From NCBI RefSeq assembly GCF_009914755.1, contig NC_060938.1: 64,000 bases of DNA. One strand, written 5' to 3'. The notes beneath the pieces were generated by a model, which was not told where the DNA came from, searched no databases, and saw only the letters and a list, made by a program, of their open reading frames with translations. Shown in pieces: positions 42,001 through 59,498 of this stretch (positions are counted from its first letter, which is position 1; the number at the start of each line of letters is the position of its first letter). The stretch comes from the human T2T-CHM13v2.0 reference genome, Homo sapiens. Made by a program: the position numbers and the translations under genes.

Positions 42001-43295
42001 GAAACAGTTAAGTTTACATTCTGAATTAGTAGGAGTGACAATGATTGAAGTTTTTGACTGGGCAGGAAAGATAGACTGACAGTTCCCTCATTCTATCTTT
42101 ATATAGAACTGGAGAGCAGCACAGAAGGAGGGGGACATGTCAAGGAATACCAGGCGGGCAGAGCCTGCTTTAAGGCATCTTCCAAAGGTTATGAGTCACT
42201 GCAGACACACTGAGAGTCACACTGGGGGAAGGTGCAGCAGACAGGGAGAAGTTCAAAGTGGTGTTTCTGAGAGAGACTTGGGGCACTGTGTACAATTAAT
42301 CATCTCTCCACATGGGTGACTGTGGGAGCCACAGCAGTGCCTGAGTCTTCCAGGGGAAACACTGAACATGGAAATTTGTGGAAAGGAAACGAAGGAGGTG
42401 GATGAAAGCTGGAGGAACAAGTGTTTAAACAATGCAGCTTTTCTTGCCCTGGAAGGTTGTCTTTGGGTACTAACCTTCTGTGTGGTAGACAGAGGGCGGC
42501 TGGGGAGAGGAAGGAAACTACCAAGAGAGAGCAGCAGCAGTCTTGCCTGTGCTCCCCTGTGGTGCCCTTTCTTTTGAACTCTTTCTTGAACCCTTAATCC
42601 CTGCCAGGCTCCTGGAGGAGCCTCACTGGGCAGCCTCAAATCTCCCCAGTTTGCCCTGTCCTCAGAAAAGCAGACCATTGAAATTGCTATTTCAGAGCTG
42701 GAAGCTGGTCAGCCAGCTCAGATGACCGGAGTTGCAGCTCTTATTTGCCTGAATAATAAAATCATTATTGACTTAAGTTCTCAGCAAACAGTGGGGTATT
42801 TGTTTCACATTTCTGAGCTGCTGCTCAAGTTCCAAAAAATGTCCCCTTCCAAAGAAAAGTATTTAAAATTGGATTGAGAGCGAAGAGTAGGTGGAATAGG
42901 CTATTGTGGGGGAGGTCCTGGATTTGCAGTGAACTTTCACTGACCTTTCAGCTCCTTAGGGCATGCTCCTTGTCATCTGTCCATCATGCCCAATGGCCAG
43001 CCTAAGGGGAGAAAATAGAGTGCTCTCTCCATGATGGCCAAAACTACCTGCCTGGCTGGCTGTCCGTCCGTTATCATCTCAGTCTCTAACCCACTTCTTG
43101 CTGCTCCTGATTCTATGCCCACTTAACTTGTCAACTGTGACTTTGTGGAACATAATATAACAAAAAAAGGCATGGGCTTTAGGGAAATTGGCCCCAATTT
43201 AGGCAGGAATTTGAGCCCCAGTGCCACTGCATAACCTAAAGCTAATAACATCATTTTGGTTATCTGTTATTGCATAACACACTTACTAAACAGTA

Positions 43296-43605
<310 letters not shown>

Positions 43606-44528
43606 TTACTAAGCAATACTTTTATTAGTTCTCCTGATTTTATTATTTAGGTATAAACCTGCAGTCTTAACCAGGGTGAGTGAAGTGGGGGTAGAAAAAA
43701 AGTTCATATCCTGAACCTTTTTTTAGCAATCTTGTTTACTATAGTGGTATGAACAAAGCATTCTTAAACTACTTTTGATTTATTATAAGAGTGAGCAAAT
43801 AAGTACAAGGGTTAATGTTGTTAATCACGCTGTGGAAGAAAGGACATGCAATTATGGAAGGGAGGAAGGCAAGGAAGAACCCTGTGAGGATGGATTGAAT
43901 TAAAGGTATCTCTGTAAACTAATAGTTTTTTAAATATGTATATGTACATATGCATACACATTTATGTATGTGTACATTCTTTTGTGGATAAATGCGGGCA
44001 TATATTTCTTAACTCTGTTCACTAAAAAAGCCTTGAAACAAAGACACTCCAGCAGCAAAGAACACACCTACCAAGATCTTGGTCTCTAACACCATCCCCC
44101 CACTAAAAAATCAGGGCACCTTAGGAAAATGACTGAGGTGGAGCAGGTGCAAGATGAGGTTGGAACATATTGCTATGCCGCAAAAAAATGAAGTCCTGAG
44201 AAAGCGGAAAGGATAGCATATCACAGAGACACGGAAGGTAGCTTGAAACGGATCTCAGTGGCCAATACTGGGACTATTTGGGCACCAAAATATTAACTAC
44301 AATAGTGAATTATAAGCCATTGAAAAAATAAAAATTTGTGAGTCCTACTGGCAATTAATATAAACACAAATAAACCAATGTGAAGAACATAGGGTTTTGC
44401 TTACAGTAGAAAGCTGAAAGCTAGCTGTTAAATGTGGCATGCAGAAACTTAAAAATTATCATTTTGTCACTACCATAGCAAAAAGTGGATTAAGCAAGAA
44501 TTATCAATGCATGCTAAATCTAGGGGAA

Positions 44529-44828
<300 letters not shown>

Positions 44829-45159
44829 TAGGGGAAATTTTGAAAAGAAACAGGGTGTTTACAAGACCTTAATGTATCCCCTCCACAAACTGTTTATTAG
44901 TAGAAATGGAGAAAAAAATAGCAATTATATAATGAAGATAACTGACAGCATCTTCCCTGGGTGATCACAACTGACATCATCATTGCAGGACACATGGATG
45001 TTTCATGCCTCCAGGCTTATTGCCCTGAGGACACAACATCACCTATGCAGTATTCTGAAACAGAATGCATAACCTGAATTTAATCATAAGGAAGCATCAG
45101 ACAAACCCAAAATGAAGAATGTTAAAAAAGGAGGTGTCTTATAAAACTAAACACACTCA

Positions 45160-45460
<301 letters not shown>

Positions 45461-46804
45461 TAACTAAACACACTCTTAACACATAATCCAGCTGTCACTC
45501 TCCTTGGTATTTGCACAAATGAGTTAAAAACTTATGTCCACACAAACACCTGCACATGGATGTTCATAACAGCTTTATGCATAACTGTCAAAGTTTAGAA
45601 GCAACCAAGGCGTCCCTCAGGAGCTGAATAGATAAATTACTGTGGTACATCCAAATAATGGAATATTATTCAGCACTAAAATGAAATGAGCTCTCAAGTC
45701 ATGACAAGACATAGCGGGACCTTAAATGAATATTATTAAGTAAAAGAAGCTATTCTGAAAAGGCTACTACTGTATGTAGCTGCTACTACATACTGTATGT
45801 ACTGTATGATTCCAACTATATGACATTCTGGAAAAGGCAAAACTATGAAAATGGTAAATAGATCAGTAGTTGCCAGGGGTTAAGGAGGAAGGGAGAGACA
45901 AATAGGCAAACACAGAAAATTTTTGAGCAGTGAAACTATTCTGCATGATATTATAATGGTGGATGCATGTCATTATACATTTGCCAAAACCCACAGAATG
46001 TACATGACCAAGAGTGAACCCTAATATAAACTACAGACTTTGGGTGATAATACTGTATCAATGCAGGCTTCTCGGTTGTAACAACTGTATCACTCTGGTG
46101 GGGGGATGTCGATAATGGGGGAGGCTGTGCTTGTTGGGGGGCTGTGAACCTGAAACTACTCTAAAAGATAAAATCTCTCAAAAAGGTGGGATAAAAAGGT
46201 CTTCTCTTTTGTGATTTCTTTAAAAATGTTGAAGACCAAAAAGACACGGAAAGGCTGTGGAAATGATTCAGGTTAAAGGTAGCTAAAGAGTTTTGGCAGT
46301 TAACTGCATCCTGACACTAGCCTGGAGCCTGCACTGGGGGGAGAAAGTATACTTCAAAAAAGATTGTGGGTCAACTAACAAATTTGAACACAAACAGTAC
46401 ATTTGATAAAATTATTACATCAATGTTAAATGTAATACTCTAGCCAAATTTGCCTATTTACTATCGTCTGAATTTTCCTTTTGAATCACATTTGCCATTC
46501 CTACTGCCTGGGGTGCCTCTTCCCACCTATGCAAGTCCTACCCACCTCCAAATTTCACCTAACCACTCATGACCACCCAGAAGACTTGCCCAAACATTTC
46601 AGCCCTGGGTGAGCTAGTCCTTCTCTGAACTCACAGAATCTGTTTCTACACTGCTGACTTTGTGCTTTTACAGCCTGCACTCTCAGTTGTCTCTCTCTAT
46701 AAACATATCATATCTCTCCACCTAAACCGAAAGCAAACTGGTAAAGGGAATGTTGCTTTATGCTTCTTTTTACCTTGTAGACCTTCCTACGATAGATGTT
46801 CACT

Positions 46805-47100
46805 GTAATTCATTTATTTGACAATTATTTATTAAGCACCTGCAACGCACTGTCAGTATACAAAGATAAATAAGACGTGGTCCCTGTCCTCAAGGGACTT
46901 ACAGTTCTATGTGGGGAACCAAACTATAAATAACAAGTTTTAAATGTGCAAGGAACATAAAAGAAAGAATAGGAATTTTTCCAAGGTAGGCTCTGGAGTA
47001 GTTGATACTTAAATTCAGGCTTGAAATATGAGTAGGCATTCACCAGGTGACAGAGAACTGTTGGCAAGGTCCTAATATGGTACACGACTGAGAGAATGTA
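46805..47100 (-). mobile_element. L2 3' fragment
   Basis: 'ttcatttatttgacaattatttattaagcacc...ggtccctgtcctcaaggga.cttacagttcta'. Confidence 0.65.
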
Positions 47101-47642
47101 GGTGTCAGAAGAAAGACTTCTGCAGGTCTGTCCTTGTTTGTACCTGTGGGCTTTTTGCATGAGAGCCACACACCTCGCCCTATCCCATATTTGTGACTGG
47201 AATGTACATTAAAGGGAGGTAGTGATGGGTGACCTCAGGAGATTAAAGCCATTGCTGTAGACAAGAGGAGTTAGAGTGGGGTAGGGGCAGTTCCAGGGTT
47301 CTCCAAGGGTGGAGAACGGAGAAGGAAGCCTTGCTACTAATTAGGGACATGTGCACAGTCTGTGAGATTGAGAGGGTTCAGTTAACCCATCTGGAGAACA
47401 AGCTCTCACACAGTTAGGCAGCCTTCACACGGTGCGCAATGCACCCCAAGAGGACAGACTGTGTGCTCTTGATGTGAACAGACTGCTCAGGTCATGATCG
47501 AGGACAGAAAGACTCAATTCAGACTCTTCCCATTGTTCCAAAATCTCTCTCTCGGAAGAAGCATAGAGACCTTTATCAGAAGAAGAAAAGTAATCAGCTT
47601 TCATGCTTTATCTGAGTGAAAGAGAACTAAAATAATTTTTCA

Positions 47643-47950
<308 letters not shown>

Positions 47951-49635
47951 GGAAAAGAAATTTTCCTGTTATCTTTGTGGATCTTTGTGCTGTGAAAGTA
48001 AATGGCACCAGCTTTCAATTGGCATTTGAAAGCTTTCAGCTGTCATGGCTCTTATGAAATACTGGCATCGTGTGTAATGTCAGGTTCACTACCTAGTGTG
48101 ACACCAAGATTACACTGGACTGAACAGCAAACATGAGGAGGGAAAGAACTGCAGCCTCCAAAGGGGATCATGAAATATTTCAAGAGCATTTCCCAAAGTT
48201 TATCAGGAGTTATAGGGAAAGGTCTTCCAGGGCCTAAACATTTGTAAATAAAGAAAAAAGTTGACATAAATAGAATTTATTACAGAGCTTTTCATGTTCT
48301 AAGAGGCACTGTAAATATCTAAGAACCAACTACGGGAAGCAGATTTCCTAAATGTATTTGAATGGGTCCTATGGAAGAATCACTCTTTCTCCTCAACAGA
48401 GCATCCAGTAGGATCAGTGTTCCTGTAGTATTGGCCCTCTAGGATACAAGAGGATTAGGGACCCTTAAAAATCACTATCAGGAGAACAAAATGGAAATGA
48501 AATGAAGGTCACGGGGGAGACGGCTTTATTTACTTTTACCTCCTCAGAATGGTTTCAGTGTCTATTTTGGTTATTCTTTTTAAAGCCTCATAAGGTGGTA
48601 ACTATTGACTAATGTTAATCAGTAAATTTACTTGACCCCTTTCTCCCCCTTTACAGCACCTTGCGGGATTAGGGGTCCTACAACATTGTCTTCTAAAGTA
48701 AAGAGGAATGAAAGAACTTTGAAATTCACTATTCAGGAGAGGAAAAGAAGCACAAACCAAGTGAGAGAAATGGCTCCATTTTAACTCTCTTAGAAGGTCC
48801 TAGTGACTTTTCAGATTGCCCTTTGTAAAGGCATGGTAACTATCGTAGCCATACATTAGTATGAATTAGAATCAAACATTCCATCACACCACCAATTTCC
48901 AGAGGATGCATTAGGATACTGAAGATACAAATGCATCTTCCAACACTCCCTCTGTCATGCTCCCACATGACTCTTGGTCCCATGGAAACCCTTGAGATAG
49001 GTCACTGAGTAAAGGAAGAAGCCAGTTCTTGGTAGGATTGACTGAACTGGCTAAAGAGCTCATTCCCAAGGTGGATGGTCAGCAGTCCAAAGTAAAATGC
49101 CTAGTAGATTGAGGCTAATATCAGAATTCTAGAAGAACCAACCCAGTGGGGGAGTAGGTTTCAAGCACTGGCTAACGCTATAAGTCACGTGGGAGCCAGG
49201 GTAATGTTTCAGTGAGCAGTCCATTGACAGAAGTTCTGAAACAGGACCCAGCCCTCAGCAGGAGAGCGCTGGTGAGAGATTTGAATCGCTAGGGTCTGGT
49301 CATGGTGTCAGTCCCAGAGGACATCTAGTGTTCAAAGCGGGAAATTCAGACAGACGATCACTGAGATATAGAACAGAGGGTAGTATAACATATAATTGGT
49401 AGAACATTCTAATTTACACATTTAATGACTTTTTGCAAACTCAGCATGCTAATGTACTACCTGTCTCTCCATTCATCAATGAAACACTTTCTGAGCATAG
49501 ACTCTGTGCCAGGCAGACCGCTAGGTACTGGAGATGCAAAACACATAACCTAGTCCCAGGGAGCTTCTAGTCCAGTGGACTCACTAGACAGAGCCTTTCA
49601 TCTTTCTCCACGCACAGCCAGATTCCAGGCATTAG

Positions 49636-49988
<353 letters not shown>

Positions 49989-50518
49989 CCCTAATCTATT
50001 GTATTACATGGCTCACATTTTATTGTAGCACAAGTGTGTTTCTGTCTTCAACAATGTGTACTGACTTGGACATCCCAGAGTCAATAATCTGGAGATACTC
50101 TGACTTGTATTATTAGTAGTAGGCCTCACGTATTTTTGTGTTTTTACCTAATAAACTTCCAGCTTATTAGAGAATGCTAATCCAGGAGATCCTGGTTTAT
50201 GTTAGAGTTTGTAGACCACTACTTCAGAAAAATCAGGAGTGTTTGTGAATTCATGATCACACATAGTAGTGAGAGCAAAAAGACACAGTCTAAGGGCATT
50301 TGTTTTTTAAATGATTCTAATAGAAATATTCCACATTTTTATAGAATTATCTTGTTTCCCAACTAACAAAAATCTGTACAACAATAACTTCTAACTTTTG
50401 GCAATGAGTAGAAAGGGTGGTTCTCACGAATGCTACCACACAGTGGAAATTTCCCCATCCACATTGAGACTGAGGAAGAGATAATCATCAAAAAAATCAG
50501 CCCCTTTCCCAGTTAAGG

Positions 50519-50520
<2 letters not shown>

Positions 50521-50571
<51 letters not shown>

Positions 50572-50580
50572 CACACACAC
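50521..50580. repeat. (CT)n(CA)n microsatellite
   Basis: Read directly. Confidence 0.95.
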
Positions 50581-51273
50581 TTCAAAGCCCTTCTTTAAGT
50601 TAGGCCAGGAAAGAGCAACTGAGGCGCCCAACATACAGACCCCTTTACCTTTTCAGAGATTGTCTTTGCAAGTCAGGATCTAATACTGGGGTTCAAGGTA
50701 AATTTGATATTACACCCACATGGATATAATTTCATATTCTCCCTATTCTGGACCCTGAGATGGAAAGAGCATAGAGACAGGACCCAGAGATTTTCCAGCA
50801 AGAAAATTAAAGAACATATGTGAGGCAGGATAGTTTGCTGAGATACTACTTTTTCTTTCTTCTCTTTGTATTTTCCTCATGCCTCTAGTTCCAAGCAGAG
50901 AGCCAGACCCTTTTGCAATTCCTTAGGATATCTGCAGAATGGAAAGGAGGAAGTGTATGAAGCCAAACTTAATCTTACTGCCTTTTGAGAACCCTGAAAT
51001 TTGGTGAAAATAAATTGCCTCTTGAAAAGTGTGGCAAAGTTGAGATTGGAGAGAGACTGAGGGCGAAGTTGGAGGGGAGGAAAAATGCAGAGGAGAGGCA
51101 GCATGGTGAACCTAGGCTGACTCCAGGCACAGAAGATCCGGACCGCCATGAAAACCCCCACGCCCTCAAGAATGAAACAGAAGCAGCTCAGCTAAGGTTT
51201 CTGTGCACCTTCTAAACCGAGGAAGGGGAGCCGGGTCAATCAGGCTCAGAGGTAGAGACGCCTAGCTCACTGC

Positions 51274-51292
51274 TTGCCAGCAGGGGGCGCTC
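51274..51292 (+). promoter_or_regulatory. Strong CTCF motif
   Basis: TTGCCAGCAGGGGGCGCTC is a near-consensus CTCF core in unique sequence with locally retained CpGs. Confidence 0.65.
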
Positions 51293-54200
51293 TCCTATTA
51301 TTGTATTTTCTTTTTTGAGGACATCAAGACTCAGTGTGCAAAAATTCTCATCAAAGATACAAATTCAAATGTGGTTGCTTTTGTAAAAATACCCGTCTTC
51401 ACAACCCCAGACTACTCCTCAACTCGTGCTTGCTGGAGGCTCCACCCTCTGCATTCTCTTCATTACTTCGGGTCTCTTTGACTTGTCTCTTGTAAGGACG
51501 AAGGCTTCGCCAGCATCGGCACACATCTGCTGCCTGATCTGGCCATGTGAACCACTGTCCATCCCTCAGAGGCAAATTCCTCCCACAACACCTGACTTAC
51601 ACCAGCCTTTTCTATCCAGAGACCTTGGCACCAGGATTAAAAAGCAAGTATCTCCTTTATTTGCCTCTATTTGGTGGCCGGATGCTAACACAGTACGATT
51701 TTCACCTTTTCTCCCTTCTCTTAACTCTCCCATTTAGCTACACAGGTTTGAGGTTAAGCCTAGGATATAGTTGTACACATTAATTATTATTTTACTTGAC
51801 TTCAAGTAGACTTCTCAGGATATCATTTTGGACTGCTTTCTTGGGATGTTTACTGTGACTCAGAGATGAAAGGTCTTCAGTGACACAGTCCACCTTCCCC
51901 CTCCAAGGGATACAAAGAATCAGAAGAGTAAAGAGAGAGGTGTTTTTTGCCCCTTTGTCAAGTCTAGAGACAGCAGATTCCCTGGAAACTTCCTAGGTTT
52001 GTCTAAGCCTCCCTAGTTTACATTCATCTCTTCTCCTTTAGTCTATAGTAAAGATGGAGATCTCTTGACCTAAATAACATGTTCAAGCACGATCTGTCCC
52101 TGTCTTAAAGATTTATTCTTGTTCATTATATTATATCCTACAATCACCCTTGTAAGCATGGTAAGTATGATTTAAAGTCTTCACTTTCTGAGCTTCAGAC
52201 TAAATAATTCTATTTCTTTCCTCATTTTTCCATAAGCATGGACTTACAAATAATTCAATTCACTTTCTCCATTTTCTCCATCATCATGAACTTACTTAAA
52301 TCCAGGTGTCCAGTGTGCTGGGTAAGGATGACTGACCAATAAGTATCTTTCCTGTGGGCACTCAGTTCATAGTGTGTGTGTGTGTGTGTGTGCACATGTG
52401 GTTTGGGAGTGATAGATCTTGTTTTACACACAGAGGTAAGACCCACTTTCCAGCTGGATAGGAAGATGGGGAATAATAAACACAGAAGTCCACCTCATGT
52501 CAAATGCAGATCCAGGTGCTAGGGAGACATGGATGAATACGTGTGTCTTTTTCCTGGTGATCTCTTAATTAAATTAAAGCTAAGACTCTGGACACAGCAA
52601 ACCTAAAGAGGAAATATTCTCCATAGAATAGTGGGCATACTCTGTAGTTACCTCTCTCTATCCCCTAATCCTGTAGAAAAGAAAGTTCATATGCATCAAA
52701 AGATGAAAATGCATCAGGTCTGACAATAAGCTTAGCCTTGTTACCTAAAAAAGCTAATGTCATGCTAGCTTTTTCACAGCTATATACACCATGTGATTTT
52801 GTATATGTGGCTTTATTTCCCATATAGTCATGGAACTAGTCGGGCAGAGCACCCTGGGTTTGGTTTCTGTCCTGTCATTTGCTTGCAGTGGCAGCTTAAC
52901 AAATTCCTTTGCCTTTTCTAGTACTGACTGCCTTATTTTTAAGGGCCTTTCTGCAGCTAATACAGGCCATGGTATTGCTTCTTAGTGGCTCAGATGGGAC
53001 AGGCACTTTGCTTAGGTCCCACAAGACTTTTAATGATATCTGTATCTGTTTTCAGACAACGCCCAAGCTTTCCTCCTAAAACCTAGCTTTGCCTTCTTAA
53101 GAATGACAGAAGACAAAGGGAAGAGTCAATAATAATAATTCTTGGAGAAAAATATTGTTTCAAAAGTAGTGGTTTCCTGACTAGTGTGTGTTATCAAGCA
53201 GCCTTCTGAAAGACAACAAAGAGGAAATTCTAGTTATCCAGTAGGTGAAGCATTTTTCTTGAGGAGGATGCACTGGGAGAAAGAAGTAGATTCACCCCAT
53301 AAAAATTAGCCAAGAGTTCTCTGAGCAAATCCTGGAATTCCAAATATTCTTCTATTAGTATCACCTACTACTCAGAAGAGGAGCCCAAAATTCTAGGTGA
53401 ATGTGCCACCTCCACTATAGTAAGAAGAGGGGATTTGCAGGGCTGGAGAGGACCTCAGAATGTCTGATTTAAGGAGTCAGTATTTTAAATAACATGTTAA
53501 TTTTTTTTTTCTGATTAGAGAAGTAACACATTTCAAATACAGAAATGTTAGGAAATTTGGAGGGAAGGTTCCAAGACGGCCGAATAGGAACAGCTCCAGT
53601 CTGCAGCTCCCAGTGTGAGCAACGCAGAAGACGGGTGATTTCTGCATTTCCAACTGAGGTACCAGGTTCATCTCACTGGTGCTTGTCAGACAGTGGGTGC
53701 AGGACAGTGGGTGCAGCCTACGGACTGTGAGCTGAAGCATGGCCTTGCCTCACCTGGGAAGCACAAGGGGTCAGGGAATTCCCTTTCCTAGCCAAGGGAA
53801 GCCTTCAAAGATGGCACCTGGAAAATCGGGACACTCCCACCTTAATACTGTGCTTTTCCAACGGTCTTAGCAAATGGCACACCAGGAGGTTAATATCCCG
53901 TGCCTGGCTTGGAGGGTCCCACACCCACAGAGCCTCGCTCATTGCTAGCACAGCAGTCTGAGATCGAACTGCAAGGCAGCAGCGAGGCTGAGGGAGGGGC
54001 GCCTGCCATTGCTGAGGCTTGAGTAGGTAAACAAAGCCGCTTGGAAGCTTGAACTGGGTGGAGCCCACCGCAGCTCAAGGAGGCCTCCCTGCCTCTGTAG
54101 ACTCCACCTCTGGGGGCAGGGCATAGCCGAACAAAAGGCAGCAGAAACTTCTGCAGACCTAAACGTCCCTGTCTGACAGCTTTGAAGAGAGTAGCAGATC

Positions 54201-54584
54201 TCCCAGCATGGAGTTTGAGATCTGAGAACGGACAGACTGCCTCCTCAAGTGGGTCCCTGACCCCCGAGTAGCCTAACTGGGAGGCACCTCCCAGTAGGGC
54301 CCAACTGACACCTCATACAGCCAGGTGCCCCTCTGAGACGAAGCTTCCAGAGGAATGATCAGGCAGCTACATTTGCCATTCTGCAATATTTGCAGTTCTG
54401 CAGCTTCCACTGGTGATACCCAGGCAAACAGGGTCTGGAGTGGACCTCCAGCAAACTCCAACAGACCTGCAGCTGAGAGTCCTGACTGTTAGAAGGAAAA
54501 CTAACAAACAGAAAGGACATCCACACCAAGACCCCATCTGTACGTCACCATTATCAAAGACCAAAGGTAGATAAAACCACAAAG

Positions 54585-55604
54585 ATGGGGAGAAACCAGA
54601 GCAGAAAAGCTGAAAATTCTAAAAATCAGAGTGCCTCTTCTCCTCCAGAGGAGCACAGCTCCTCGCCAGCAACAGAACAAAGCTGGACGGAGAATCACTT
54701 TGACGAGTTGAGAGAAGAAGGCTTCGGACAATCGGTAATAACAAACTTCTCCGAGCCAAAGGAGGATGTTCGAACCCATCGCAAAGAAGCTAAAAACCTT
54801 GAAAAAAGATTAGACAAATGGCTAACTAGAATAAACAGCATAGAGAAGACCTTAAATGACCTGATGGAGCTGAAAACCATGGCACGAGAACTATGTGACA
54901 CATGCAAAAGCTTCAGTAGCCAATTCGATCAACTGGAAGAAAGGGTATCAGTGATGGAAGATCAAATGAATGAAATGAAGCGAGAAGAGAAGTTTAGAGA
55001 AAAAAGAGTAAAAAGAAATGAACAAAGCCTCCAAAAAATATGGGACTATGTGAAAAGACCAAATCTACATCTGATTAGTGTACCTGAAAGTGACGGGGAG
55101 AATGCAACCAAGTTGGAAAACACTCTGCAGGATATTATCCAGGAGAACTTCCCCAACCTAGCAAGGCAGGCCAACATTCAAATTCAGGAAATACAGAGAA
55201 CGCCACAAAGATACTCCTTGAGAAGAGCAACTCTAAGACACACAATTGTCGGATTCACCAAAGTTGAAATGAAGGAAAAAATGTTAAGGGCAGCCAGAGA
55301 GAAAGGTCGGGTTACCCACAAAGGGAAGCCCATCAGACTAACAGCTGATCTCTCGGCAGAAACTCTACAAGCCAAAGAGAGTGGGGGCCAATATTCAACA
55401 TTCTTAAAGAATTTTCAACCCAGAATTTCATACCCAGCCAAACCAAGCTTCATAAGTGAAGGAGAAAAAAAATCCTTTACAGACAAGCAAATGCTGAGAG
55501 ATTTTGTCACCACCAGGCCTGCTTTACAAGAGCTCCTGAAGGAAGCACTAAACATGGAAAGGAACAACCGGTACCAGCCACTGCAAAAACATGCCAAATT
55601 GTAA
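54585..55604 (+). CDS. L1 ORF1p, open 339 aa but with a short frame-shifted patch
   Basis: MGRNQSRKAENSKNQSASSPP...coiled coil...YPAK...PLQKHAKL. The consensus ARREWGPIFNILKEKNF is replaced by AKESGGQYSTFLKNF. Confidence 0.75.
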   Translation: MGRNQSRKAENSKNQSASSPPEEHSSSPATEQSWTENHFDELREEGFGQSVITNFSEPKEDVRTHRKEAKNLEKRLDKWLTRINSIEKTLNDLMELKTMARELCDTCKSFSSQFDQLEERVSVMEDQMNEMKREEKFREKRVKRNEQSLQKIWDYVKRPNLHLISVPESDGENATKLENTLQDIIQENFPNLARQANIQIQEIQRTPQRYSLRRATLRHTIVGFTKVEMKEKMLRAAREKGRVTHKGKPIRLTADLSAETLQAKESGGQYSTFLKNFQPRISYPAKPSFISEGEKKSFTDKQMLRDFVTTRPALQELLKEALNMERNNRYQPLQKHAKL

Positions 55605-55667
55605 AGACCATCAATGCTAGGAATAAACTGCATCAACTAACGAGCAAAATAACCAGCTAACATCATA

Positions 55668-59498
<3,831 letters not shown>

